Positions 18,486-27,151 of a DNA stretch of 64,000 bases are shown here, piece after piece. The stretch is from Eubacteriales bacterium (lineage in GTDB: Bacteria; Bacillota; Clostridia; Oscillospirales; CAG-272), in the NCBI GenBank assembly GCA_045605765.1, contig JAZUQQ010000027.1, positions 1,095 to 65,094 on the forward strand, read 5' to 3'. Within the stretch, counting starts at the first letter, position 1. Each line of letters begins with the position of its first letter. The notes under the pieces are model-generated. The model had not been told where the DNA came from, did not search any database, and saw only the letters and a list, made by a program, of their open reading frames with translations. Both the position numbers and the translations under genes were made by a program.

Positions 18486-18583
18486 AAATTACACAAAAAC
18501 GAATGTAAATTCACTCTGTGTTAATAAATATATTATATATTAAAAGCAGTAAAAGATTAACTTTTCTTAAAACGGAGAATAAA

Positions 18584-19765
18584 ATGGCTGAAAACAAGGC
18601 AAAAAAGACATCTATCGGCGGTCAGGCACTGATAGAAGGAATTATGATGCGCGGTCCAGAAAAGACTGCGATGGCGGTCCGCGATACTAAGGGTGAGATC
18701 GTAATGAAGGAATGGAAGAACAAAAAAATACAGTCAAAGGTGTATAAGATACCCTTCGTCCGCGGAATTTTCAACATGGTTTCCGCGCTCGTTTCGGGCT
18801 ATAAATGCCTTTCCGACTCTGCCGAGATAGCTATGGATCTCGAAGAATTGGAGCGTCAGGAAGCTGAAGAGAAAGAGCTAAAAGCTCTCAAAAAGAGAGC
18901 AAAAAAGGAAGGCCGACCTTATGAGGAGCTTCTTGCAGAACGCAGTGCACAAATCAAAGCCAAGACCGCTGAAAATTATATCTTGGCACCCGAAGCGCCT
19001 ACCGAAACCGAGAACGAAGCTCTCGAGGATGAAGCTCCGATGTCAGTAGAAGAAACGCCCCTCGAAAACGCTGAGGAAGAAATCAAGGAAGATATAAAAA
19101 AGGCAGCCAAAACCGAGAAAAAAAGTGGCGAAATGGGCTGGATAATGCTGATTAGCATAGCTCTCGCGCTCGTGCTCGTGGTCGGACTTTTCGTATTCCT
19201 TCCCGAATTCTTATATAACCTGATATTTGGAGAGCTTTCGGTACGTGCGACGTATCTCGACCAGCTCGGAAGAAGCGCATTTACGGGAGTTATCAAGCTC
19301 GTATTGCTTATTCTTTATATGTGGGCAGTTTCCTTTATGAAGGATATCCGCCGCACCTTTATGTATCACGGTGCAGAGCACAAGACCATATTCTGCTACG
19401 AGCAAGGTCTTGAACTTACAGTCGAAAACGTCAGAAATCAGAAAAGATTTCACCCGAGATGCGGAACTTCTTTTATAGTTCTCGTCGTTCTCGTCGGAAT
19501 AATTATCGGAAGCTTCATACAGTTTGACAGCGTCGCGCTGCGCGCTGCAATGAGGATTATCCTCGTTCCCATTATAGTAGGAGTTGGATACGAGCTTATC
19601 AAATTTGCGGGACGTCACGACAACATCGTAACGAGAATAATCTCCGCTCCCGGCGTATGGCTCCAACATATAACGACCAAGGAGCCGACCGACGATATGA
19701 TCGAGTGCGCGATAAAGGCGATAAGTGCTGTCATTCCCGAGGACAAGGAAAGCGATAATTGGTAA
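18584..19765 (+). CDS. DUF1385 (YqhQ-like) membrane protein
   Basis: IGGQALIEGIMMRGP N-terminus and HGAEHK motif. ATG 18584 has SD acggaga. Confidence 0.85.
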   Translation: MAENKAKKTSIGGQALIEGIMMRGPEKTAMAVRDTKGEIVMKEWKNKKIQSKVYKIPFVRGIFNMVSALVSGYKCLSDSAEIAMDLEELERQEAEEKELKALKKRAKKEGRPYEELLAERSAQIKAKTAENYILAPEAPTETENEALEDEAPMSVEETPLENAEEEIKEDIKKAAKTEKKSGEMGWIMLISIALALVLVVGLFVFLPEFLYNLIFGELSVRATYLDQLGRSAFTGVIKLVLLILYMWAVSFMKDIRRTFMYHGAEHKTIFCYEQGLELTVENVRNQKRFHPRCGTSFIVLVVLVGIIIGSFIQFDSVALRAAMRIILVPIIVGVGYELIKFAGRHDNIVTRIISAPGVWLQHITTKEPTDDMIECAIKAISAVIPEDKESDNW

Positions 19766-19778
19766 AACAAAAACCGAA

Positions 19779-19817
19779 AAGGTCACAGAACTGTTAAAGT
19801 TCCGTGACCTTCTTTTT
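19779..19817. terminator. intrinsic terminator (bidirectional)
   Basis: aaggtcacagaac-tgttaaa-gttccgtgacctt followed by ctttttatt. Confidence 0.7.
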
Positions 19818-20064
19818 ATTCCTGCAAGTCATCGCTCGAACGTAATACTCTAGATGCTTCTTTTGCTGACTCAGAGAGCATTTCAAGCGCCTTGGAGTCA
19901 AGCTTTCCTTCGGTAATTACGTACGTAACAGGGGCAATAAACGCCGCCACTACCGAGCATATCGCGCCGATCTCTCCGCCCGCGCCGCTGAGCGCAAGGA
20001 CTACTGCAAAAACTGCGGCAACAAGCGCAAGAATAAATTTTCTTGATAAAAGCTTCTTGATGAT
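19816..20064 (-). CDS. candidate 82-aa small membrane protein with a non-canonical (ATC) start
   Basis: Strong SD agggaggag 7 nt upstream of ATC ATC AAG. The open frame reads IIKKLLSRKFILALVAAVFAVVLALSGAGGEIGAICSVVAAFIAPVTYVITEGKLDSKALEMLSESAKEASRVLRSSDDLQE. There is an in-frame TAA 12 codons upstream with no ATG/GTG/TTG in between. Confidence 0.4.
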   Translation of the reverse strand: MIKKLLSRKFILALVAAVFAVVLALSGAGGEIGAICSVVAAFIAPVTYVITEGKLDSKALEMLSESAKEASRVLRSSDDLQE

Positions 20065-20305
20065 CTCAGTTCTCCTCCCTTGCGAAAATTCTCCTTAAAG
20101 GCAGGGCGCAACCTTCCGCGCTTCTTTTGCCAAAGATAAATTTGTACAGCTCAGCATAAAAAAGCGTACGCTTTTAAGGCAAATTCTCCTCTCTTTGCCG
20201 CTCCTTTGAAGGACTGCACTCATTTTACACCGCATACAACTTTCAAAAAGTAGCGAAAGGTATTATTTAGTATTTTGTTAAAGAAAAATGACTTTCGGAG
20301 CCGTT

Positions 20306-21010
20306 TCACGCATTTCCTATTTCCCGCCTCAACCGATCAATGCTCCTCTTCTCAAGGCGTGATATGTATGACTGCGATATACCAAGCATAGTAGCCACGT
20401 CCTTTTGAGTATACTCCTTACCGTCTCTCAGTCCGAATCTGAGTTCAATTATCTCACGCTCTCTCGAAGAAAGACATCTGAGCGCAGAGCGGAGTGTCTT
20501 TTTTTCCTCTGCCATTTCCAGACCGGCGCCGACTGTGTCCTCGTCGCTGCTCAAAACATCCGAAAGAAGAAGCTCATTTCCGTCCCAATCGACGTTAAGC
20601 GGCTCGTCTATTGAGATCTCAATGTACTTGGACGTCTTACGCAGATACATCAGTATCTCGTTTTCTATACACCGCGACGCGTATGTGGCAAGCTTTATAT
20701 TTTTGTCCGCGCGGAAGGTATTTATTGCCTTGATAAGTCCTATCGTCCCGATTGAAATGAGGTCCTCAATGCCCACGCCCGTGTTTTCGAATTTCTTTGC
20801 GATATATACAACGAGTCGGAGATTTCGCTCAACGAGCACAGAGCGAAGTCTGTCGTCACAGTCAAAACGTGAGAGTATATCCGCCTCTTCCTCAGGCGTA
20901 AGAGGAAGAGGAAGGGTGTCTGAGCCGTTCACATAATAAATTCTGCCGTCTCCTTCAAAAATGCGAATAAGCAGAGCGCGAAGCATAGAATTCATAATAT
21001 TTTTTCTCAT
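20306..21010 (-). CDS. sigE: sporulation sigma factor SigE (pro-sigma-E)
   Basis: Near-collinear with B. subtilis pro-sigma-E as remembered ([42 protein letters not shown]). It follows spoIIGA. Confidence 0.9.
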   Translation of the reverse strand: MRKNIMNSMLRALLIRIFEGDGRIYYVNGSDTLPLPLTPEEEADILSRFDCDDRLRSVLVERNLRLVVYIAKKFENTGVGIEDLISIGTIGLIKAINTFRADKNIKLATYASRCIENEILMYLRKTSKYIEISIDEPLNVDWDGNELLLSDVLSSDEDTVGAGLEMAEEKKTLRSALRCLSSREREIIELRFGLRDGKEYTQKDVATMLGISQSYISRLEKRSIDRLRREIGNA

Positions 21011-21040
21011 AAATCAGACTTTTTCCTTTCCGCTGTAAAT

Positions 21041-21946
21041 TTATTTTATAAGACAGTTTGGGAGCAGAGACTCGCATCCACCAAATCTGCTGCTGCCCGT
21101 ATCAAGCGCAATACAAGCTCTCACCTCGCTTCCGTCGAGGAGTATCTTGTCGGGAACGTATCCGAAAAGTATTCGCGCTCCGCCCGTACCAACAGGCATT
21201 ATCGGAATAATACGTACACGTTTTGCGTCAGAAAGACTCGGTTCATTCAAGCTACTTTTCGACAAAAAAAAGACGTTATGCAGCGACTCGGGCACGATAT
21301 TTTTCATCTTTTCCATACCCGTAATTATGACAGGGAGACCGCCTATCGGCTCCCTCAGCAGATTTCCACTGTCGCAGTAAGCGCTCATCTCAACGGCTTT
21401 GCCGTCCGAGATAACGGTCAGTGTTGTTTTCAGCGTTTTTTTTCGTTTCTTTATGCGTTTTGCTATGTACGATACGATTCCCGAAAGTATCGTTGCCCCT
21501 CCGCAAATAACAAGCGGGATTATTCCCCCCGAGCCTTTACTCGGCTCTGCGACAAACGAAAACTTATCCAGATAAATGTAAAGCTTTGTAAGTAGTTCGG
21601 ATATCACCGTCGAAAGCGTAGAAAAAAGGACAAAAGAAAACGAAAGCTTTATAAATCCAAGTCCTTCAAATGCTATCACACACGCCGTAAAGGAGGTTAT
21701 AATAGATATAACGAAGCTAATCCCAGAGTTTCCCGGAAAGAACATTTGAGCTATCGGAAGCGCCGCCGTAACTATAGCCGCCACAAAAAGTCTGGGAATT
21801 TTTTTCTTTGCACGAAGCACTGCCGCAACAAGCAAAAAGATGAGAAGGTCCATACATAGATTTATTATAAAAAATATATCAGCGTATATCTTAGAGCTGT
21901 CCGAAAGAAAAGCGAGTGCAAATACGAGAGGGCTCAAAAACGACAA
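21041..21946 (-). CDS. spoIIGA: sigma-E processing peptidase SpoIIGA
   Basis: Polytopic N-terminal domain plus a C-terminal aspartic protease motif DSGN. Located upstream of sigE. Confidence 0.9.
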   Translation of the reverse strand: MSFLSPLVFALAFLSDSSKIYADIFFIINLCMDLLIFLLVAAVLRAKKKIPRLFVAAIVTAALPIAQMFFPGNSGISFVISIITSFTACVIAFEGLGFIKLSFSFVLFSTLSTVISELLTKLYIYLDKFSFVAEPSKGSGGIIPLVICGGATILSGIVSYIAKRIKKRKKTLKTTLTVISDGKAVEMSAYCDSGNLLREPIGGLPVIITGMEKMKNIVPESLHNVFFLSKSSLNEPSLSDAKRVRIIPIMPVGTGGARILFGYVPDKILLDGSEVRACIALDTGSSRFGGCESLLPNCLIK

Positions 21947-22098
21947 TTTTACTTTCCTCTCTTTCCTGCAATGTTCGCTAATTAAATTATATTAGATGGG
22001 GTGCGTAAATTATGTCACATTTAGATGCACTAAAAAGCCTTTTATTGCAATTTAAAGGCAAATAAATGTAAAATTTATGATATTTTTTGCTTCTATAC

Positions 22099-22127
22099 TT
22101 GAAAAGCTCTAAAATATGGTGTATAAT
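22099..22127 (+). promoter_or_regulatory. promoter of ireB-ribF
   Basis: TTGAAA, 17 nt, TATAAT. Confidence 0.5.
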
Positions 22128-22165
22128 ATCTTAAACAGAAACTTATGTAAGGGAGAAATAGTGTT

Positions 22166-22426
22166 ATGATGCTACCCGAAAATGAAAATACCATAAAATT
22201 TGCCATAAGGGATGATAAGGAGCTTAAAATCCGTCACACGCTCTCGCAGGTCTATTCTGCGCTCAAAGAGAAAGGCTACGATCCGATAAACCAGATAGTA
22301 GGCTATATTCTCTCCGAAGACCCCACCTATATCACCAGCCACAATAACGCGCGCAGTCTTATATGTAAGATTGACAGAAACGAGCTTCTCAACGCTCTCG
22401 TGCGCTTCTATCTCACAGGAAAGTGA
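22166..22426 (+). CDS. ireB: IreB-family regulatory phosphoprotein (UPF0297/DUF965)
   Basis: 86 aa with the signature GYDPINQIVGYILSEDPTYITSHNNAR. Confidence 0.85.
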   Translation: MMLPENENTIKFAIRDDKELKIRHTLSQVYSALKEKGYDPINQIVGYILSEDPTYITSHNNARSLICKIDRNELLNALVRFYLTGK

Positions 22427-22472
22427 TCTGATATTTTCTCGACAAAGAGTTAACTTACAGAATACAAGCCTT

Positions 22473-23384
22473 ATGATAATCAAAAATATTTGCGACACAG
22501 AGCCTTTTGATCACGGGCGACTCACGGTAGCGCTCGGAAATTTTGACGGTGTGCATTTCGCGCACGCCCAGCTTATAAAAAAAGCCAAAGAGATCACATC
22601 CTCGCTCTGCAACTCGGCGGGAGAGAAAATTCTCACCGCCGTTTTTACTTTTTCCGATCTGAAAAAACCTTATATAACGACTGCCAACGAAAAGCTCGAT
22701 ATCTTTAAAAAGCTCGGCGTTGACGTTGTCGTTTTGTGCCCTTTTGACAGCGTAAAGGATATGTCACCCGAGGATTTTGCACGTGAGATACTTGTCGAAA
22801 GGCTATCCTGTATCCACGCCGTATGCGGATTTAATTACCGCTTTGGAAGAGGTGCTGTCGGCTCTGCCGATACGCTGAAAGAGCTTTCGCGAAAGCTCGG
22901 ATTTGGCTGCACTGTTGTAAATGAGATACCGCGTGTAAGCTCAACCAGAATACGTGAGCTTATCTCGTCGGGTGATATTGAAAACGCAAGCGACCTACTT
23001 GGCAGACCCTTTTCACTCAGCGGAAGGATAGTCAGAGGCAAGGGTCTCGGTCACACATTCGGCTGTCCGACACTCAACATTGATATTGCAGACGGAAAGC
23101 TTCTTCCCGCTCACGGCGTTTATTTCACAGCGTGCAGAATAGACGGCAAGACATACCCGTCAATAACCAACATAGGCGTTTGCCCTACCTTTGGCGGAGA
23201 AAAAACAACCTGTGAGATCCATCTTCTCGACGTAAACTGTGAGCTTTACGGAAGGAACGCCGAGGTGACATTCCTGCGTTTCAGACGAGGTGAGATGAAA
23301 TTCTGTTCACCTGAGGAACTTTACGAAACGATCCGAAAAGATATTTCCGCGGCGCGTGATTTTTACCTGTCACAAACAGAATAA
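22473..23384 (+). CDS. ribF: bifunctional riboflavin kinase / FMN adenylyltransferase
   Basis: ALGNFDGVHFAH motif and a C-terminal riboflavin kinase domain (PTLNI … GVY…). The start was set to ATG 22473. Confidence 0.9.
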   Translation: MIIKNICDTEPFDHGRLTVALGNFDGVHFAHAQLIKKAKEITSSLCNSAGEKILTAVFTFSDLKKPYITTANEKLDIFKKLGVDVVVLCPFDSVKDMSPEDFAREILVERLSCIHAVCGFNYRFGRGAVGSADTLKELSRKLGFGCTVVNEIPRVSSTRIRELISSGDIENASDLLGRPFSLSGRIVRGKGLGHTFGCPTLNIDIADGKLLPAHGVYFTACRIDGKTYPSITNIGVCPTFGGEKTTCEIHLLDVNCELYGRNAEVTFLRFRRGEMKFCSPEELYETIRKDISAARDFYLSQTE

Positions 23385-23427
23385 AATAAATTGACAAATA
23401 ATTTGATTTAAAAAGGAGGAAGATAAT

Positions 23428-24786
23428 ATGCAACGAAAAAAAATCGTCAGCATTACTGCGGCAGTAATACTTATGCTCGCTTTTATATTATCTCTTCCCT
23501 TTTCGGTAAAAGCGGAGGGCGAGCTAACCTACAATGACGCTGTTGCAGCATTCAAGGAGGACATGAAAGACCCAACACATATCGATTCTGTGCAGTCGGC
23601 ATACTTATACTGTATCTCGACCGAGGCCGAGCTTCTTTCGTTTGATGCTTCTCCCGAGATGCGCGAATCCCCCGCAGATACTGCAAAGCTTCTCACCGCG
23701 CTTACAGCGTACGATCTTATTGAAGACCTTTCGCAAACAGTAAAAATAACACAAAAAATGATAAACGATTCTCCCGGTTCGAGATTCGGATATAAAAACG
23801 GCGATGAGGTAACCTATTCAGACCTTCTTTGCACTCTGCTTATGCGTACAGCGGACGATTCAGCCACCGCACTCGCTTATTCGCTTTGCGGAAACATGAC
23901 CGTTTTCGCTCAGAAAATGAATGAGAAAGCCTCTGAGATCGGAATGACCGAAAGCGTTTTCACCAACGCCACGGGTGCTTACGACGAAAGAATGACGACA
24001 ACCGCCAAGGATATATTTATCCTTGCAAACGCATTTTACAACAACGATGAGCTTATGGGCTACGTAGGTTCACGTTATCTCAGACTTGATTCGGGCTCAC
24101 TTGTTTTCAGTAACAACTATCTGGTCAGTGAATACTATAACTCAACCGGCAAGGATTACCGCGACAGTTCTGTAAACGGAATGATAGTCGGAAGATCCTC
24201 TCAGCAGGGCGACGTTATCGTCCGCTCAGCAAACTACAACGGCTATGAGTACATTTGCGTCATTCTCGGCGCAAAGCGAGACGGTCATCTTCTTTATTCT
24301 TACGAGGTGTCGGGAGAGCTTATAAAATGGGGATCAAAAAACTACTCCTTCCTGAATATTCTAAGTCCGAAGATTCCCGTAACGTCTCTCCCTGTAAAGA
24401 GTGCAAGGGAGACCGATATGGTACCGATAGTTCCCTCGGAAAGCTTTTCAAAATATGTCCTGAACAATGCTTATGTAAGCGGAAAGCTAGTAAAAGATAT
24501 ACGTCTGGACGTTGAAAAACTCAAAGCTCCGCTCGCAAAAGGAACTGAGGTCGGGGAGATCACGATATATTATGAAGGTGAACTTGTAGCAAAAAGTACG
24601 CTCACGACCGCGTTTGAACTTACAGAGAACACCACAAGCTCACTCATAGTTTCGATGTGGGAGATCATATCTTCAAAAAAGGCAATAAACGTATATATCG
24701 CTGCCACCTCTTGCGTTGTGATCTACGTTTTTATAAACTCGATAATAAGACACAGCCGCAAGGTCAAACGAGAGACCTCTGCATAA
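23428..24786 (+). CDS. PBP5/DacB-like (S11) D,D-carboxypeptidase homolog with degenerate catalytic motifs
   Basis: Signal peptide, overall collinearity with the S11 fold including the C-terminal beta domain and a TM anchor. The SxxK, SxN and KTG positions read ADTAK, TAD and IVG. Confidence 0.75.
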   Translation: MQRKKIVSITAAVILMLAFILSLPFSVKAEGELTYNDAVAAFKEDMKDPTHIDSVQSAYLYCISTEAELLSFDASPEMRESPADTAKLLTALTAYDLIEDLSQTVKITQKMINDSPGSRFGYKNGDEVTYSDLLCTLLMRTADDSATALAYSLCGNMTVFAQKMNEKASEIGMTESVFTNATGAYDERMTTTAKDIFILANAFYNNDELMGYVGSRYLRLDSGSLVFSNNYLVSEYYNSTGKDYRDSSVNGMIVGRSSQQGDVIVRSANYNGYEYICVILGAKRDGHLLYSYEVSGELIKWGSKNYSFLNILSPKIPVTSLPVKSARETDMVPIVPSESFSKYVLNNAYVSGKLVKDIRLDVEKLKAPLAKGTEVGEITIYYEGELVAKSTLTTAFELTENTTSSLIVSMWEIISSKKAINVYIAATSCVVIYVFINSIIRHSRKVKRETSA

Positions 24787-24833
24787 AATAAAAATAAAAC
24801 AAGGATAACAAGGATATAAAAGGAAATAACATT

Positions 24834-25469
24834 ATGTTTGACACTATAAAAGAAGATATCGCCGCAATAAAAAACCGCGACCCTGCGGCTCGCTCAACTC
24901 TTGAAATAATGCTACTTTATTCGGGATATAAGGCTATACGCTCATATCGACTTGCCCACTGGCTGCATAATCGCGGATTTATTTTTCTCGCACGTTGGGT
25001 CTCTCAGCGATGCGTAAGAAAGACCAACATTGAGATACACCCCGCCGCGAAGATCGGCAGACGCGTGTTTATAGATCACGGAACGGGCGTTGTTATCGGT
25101 GAGACTGCCGTCGTCGGAGACGATTGCACCATATATCAGGGCGTTACACTCGGAGGTACGGGTAAGGACAAGGGCAAGCGCCACCCGACGCTCGGAAACG
25201 GCGTTATGGTGGGCGCAGGTGCGAAGGTCCTCGGACCTATAAATATCGGAGATAACACGAGAATTGCCGCAGGTGCGGTGGTTTTAGCGGACACCCCGAG
25301 CGACTGCACGGCGGTCGGTGTTCCCGCAAGAGTGGTGCGCGTTGGCGGCGAAAAGGTCAAAAACCTCGACCAAATCCACGTATCCGACCCTATATCTCAG
25401 GAGCTTTGCCGTCTCGAACATCGCATTTCCGAGCTTGAAAAGCAGCTCGAAGAAGCGAAAGGCGAGTGA
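24834..25469 (+). CDS. cysE: serine O-acetyltransferase
   Basis: DPAARS…LLYSGYKAI…IHPAAKIG…hexapeptide repeats. Confidence 0.95.
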   Translation: MFDTIKEDIAAIKNRDPAARSTLEIMLLYSGYKAIRSYRLAHWLHNRGFIFLARWVSQRCVRKTNIEIHPAAKIGRRVFIDHGTGVVIGETAVVGDDCTIYQGVTLGGTGKDKGKRHPTLGNGVMVGAGAKVLGPINIGDNTRIAAGAVVLADTPSDCTAVGVPARVVRVGGEKVKNLDQIHVSDPISQELCRLEHRISELEKQLEEAKGE

Positions 25470-25517
25470 CGCTCAGGGTGCCGCCCTGAGAACCTGCCAA
25501 AAACCTTAATTAAAAGC

Positions 25518-25549
25518 AAAACCGCAAGGGATTTGTCTCTTGCGGTTTT
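25518..25549. terminator. bidirectional intrinsic terminator
   Basis: aaaaccgcaag … cttgcggtttt. Confidence 0.8.
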
Positions 25550-25553
25550 AATT

Positions 25554-26111
25554 TTAGGTAACGTGTTTTTTCGTGACAAGTCTTTCAAGAACCTCGCTCA
25601 GAGGAACGATGAGCAGTCCTGCGGCTAAGTTTCCCACCGAGTGAGCCACGTCAAAGGGGAAGCCCGCCACTATCCAGGCGAGTGTCTGCTGAAAATTCAT
25701 TCCGAACATAAGCGCCTGTGCAGGAGCGTAGAGCGCCCCATAGGCGAGTCCGTGAAAGGCGCATACGGCGGGATATACGATACATTTAAGCCATTTCGGC
25801 ATTCTTTTTGGGAGTATCATCGTAATTGCCCACAGGACCGTCCAGATATAAAGATAGGGTATCCACCAAAAAGAAAATCCCGCATACAGACCGTTTATCA
25901 TTATGTAAACATATATCGGTATGAGTGCCTTTTTACGAAAGACTATCGTAAAGACCATCGTGAACATTCCGAGCAGGTGAATGTTGGGGAGTACTTCCAT
26001 AATGATCTTAGAGCAGAACATGACCGTGCCGAGCATCGCAAACACGACCATTTCACGTATCTTTAAAGACGCACCCGTTCTTTTTTCATCTTTACTATTT
26101 TGTGTAAACAA
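25554..26111 (-). CDS. ECF-transporter S-component-like membrane protein (CbrT-like candidate)
   Basis: 185 aa with about 6 TM segments. It overlaps the upstream DUF4430 gene by 17 nt and lies downstream of a cobalamin-riboswitch-like leader. Confidence 0.6.
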   Translation of the reverse strand: MFTQNSKDEKRTGASLKIREMVVFAMLGTVMFCSKIIMEVLPNIHLLGMFTMVFTIVFRKKALIPIYVYIMINGLYAGFSFWWIPYLYIWTVLWAITMILPKRMPKWLKCIVYPAVCAFHGLAYGALYAPAQALMFGMNFQQTLAWIVAGFPFDVAHSVGNLAAGLLIVPLSEVLERLVTKKHVT

Positions 26112-26520
26112 GCTGATATATTGCTCCCTCGCTTATTTCGGTGCCGTCCACGCCCGTCATAGCATACTCGCCGTCAATATAAAACGCCCAATAGGTCTGA
26201 TCAATGTCGTAATCGGCGTTAATGCCGTTGACGACCTTGATGTACAAACCGAACTCGCTATCCTCGCCGGCAATCAGACTGTGTTCGAGCAGAGCCTCCC
26301 CCACGGTGTCCGCATCGGTCTTGATAGTAAAGGTAATCGTCTTATTCTCAGCTTTTACCTCGACCGTCATGGTCTTTGCACCCTCGCCAAGCTCGGTGTT
26401 TTCGGTATAAGTCGCACTGTCCCATACGTTTGTTTTATCTGCGCCCTTGCAGGAAAAGAAACACACCACAAGCGCGAGTACAAGAATCACCGAAATAGAT
26501 AAACTTAATCTTCTTTTCAT
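26095..26520 (-). CDS. DUF4430-like lipoprotein (transcobalamin-like fold family)
   Basis: Lipobox LVVCFFSCKG. SD aaagga before ATG 26520. The track ORF N-terminal extension was rejected. Confidence 0.75.
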   Translation of the reverse strand: MKRRLSLSISVILVLALVVCFFSCKGADKTNVWDSATYTENTELGEGAKTMTVEVKAENKTITFTIKTDADTVGEALLEHSLIAGEDSEFGLYIKVVNGINADYDIDQTYWAFYIDGEYAMTGVDGTEISEGAIYQLVYTK

Positions 26521-26555
26521 TTTCTTATCCTTTCTTTTGTTTTTTTGCAAAAGGA

Positions 26556-26843
26556 TAAAATAAAAGCGCTCTCCAAGAGAGCGTGTGCAAACAAGACCCT
26601 GATATCCTGCCATATCAAGGTATAAAAGCTTCACGATCTCTCCATATTGCCCAAGAGACTTTTATGAGTCGCGAGAGCGATAAGCATTCCGACTCGACCT
26701 GCTTTAAAGAGCAGAAGATACGGTAATGGCTGTTGCTACGGATTCTCACCGTGATTTCCTTATCCCCGAACGTGCCGTCTGTACAGCGCGCCCGACAACG
26801 AATATGATTTTCATATTCAGATGCTCCGCGTTTATTCTTTTGT
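26556..26843 (-). promoter_or_regulatory. cobalamin-riboswitch-like leader with terminator
   Basis: The minus-strand core AAGGAAATCACGGTGAGAATCCGTAGCAACAGCCATTACCGT (26759-26720) resembles the cobalamin aptamer core GGTGAGAATCC…ACTGT as remembered. The terminator is cgctctc-ttg-gagagcg plus a U-run at 26556-26585. The B12 box is not clearly identifiable. Confidence 0.45.
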
Positions 26844-26849
26844 GGGTTT

Positions 26850-26878
26850 ATTATAGTATATTTTTGTTAGAATGTCAA
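26850..26878 (-). promoter_or_regulatory. consensus promoter of the riboswitch-DUF4430-ECF-S operon
   Basis: On the minus strand: TTGACA (26878-26873), 17 nt, TATAAT (26855-26850). Confidence 0.6.
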
Positions 26879-26927
26879 GGCTTTTCAAAACAGTTTGCAC
26901 TTTCGGCGTCAGCCATTCATTTTGCGG

Positions 26928-27147
26928 AGCAAAATGTACCTATTAGAGATTCGACTATATCCAAAGGGCGCAAAAAACGCACTCTTTTGAGTGCGTTTTC
27001 CTGCCAAACGACGCTTCGCACGAGATTTTTGTTTTTTATTTATTTGCGTAAGCAAATGTACCTATTAGAAATTTGACTCTATCCGAAGGGCGCAAAAATC
27101 GCACCCTTTCGGGTGCGATTTCTTGCTAAGCGATGCCTTCGGCATCG
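26928..27147. repeat. tandem direct duplication (period 123 bp) of a ~95-bp hairpin/terminator-containing module
   Basis: agcaaaatgtacctattagagattcgactatatccaaagggcgcaaaaaacgcactcttttgagtgcg (from 26928) versus agcaaatgtacctattagaaatttgactctatccgaagggcgcaaaaatcgcaccctttcgggtgcg (from 27051). The stem differences are compensatory. Confidence 0.7.
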
Positions 27148-27151
27148 GTTT

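Noticed and set aside
20148-20176. Terminator after sigE (aaaagcgtacgctttt palindrome)
   Set aside because: The stem is mostly A-U with only a 2-4 nt loop possible. It is too weak to call confidently.
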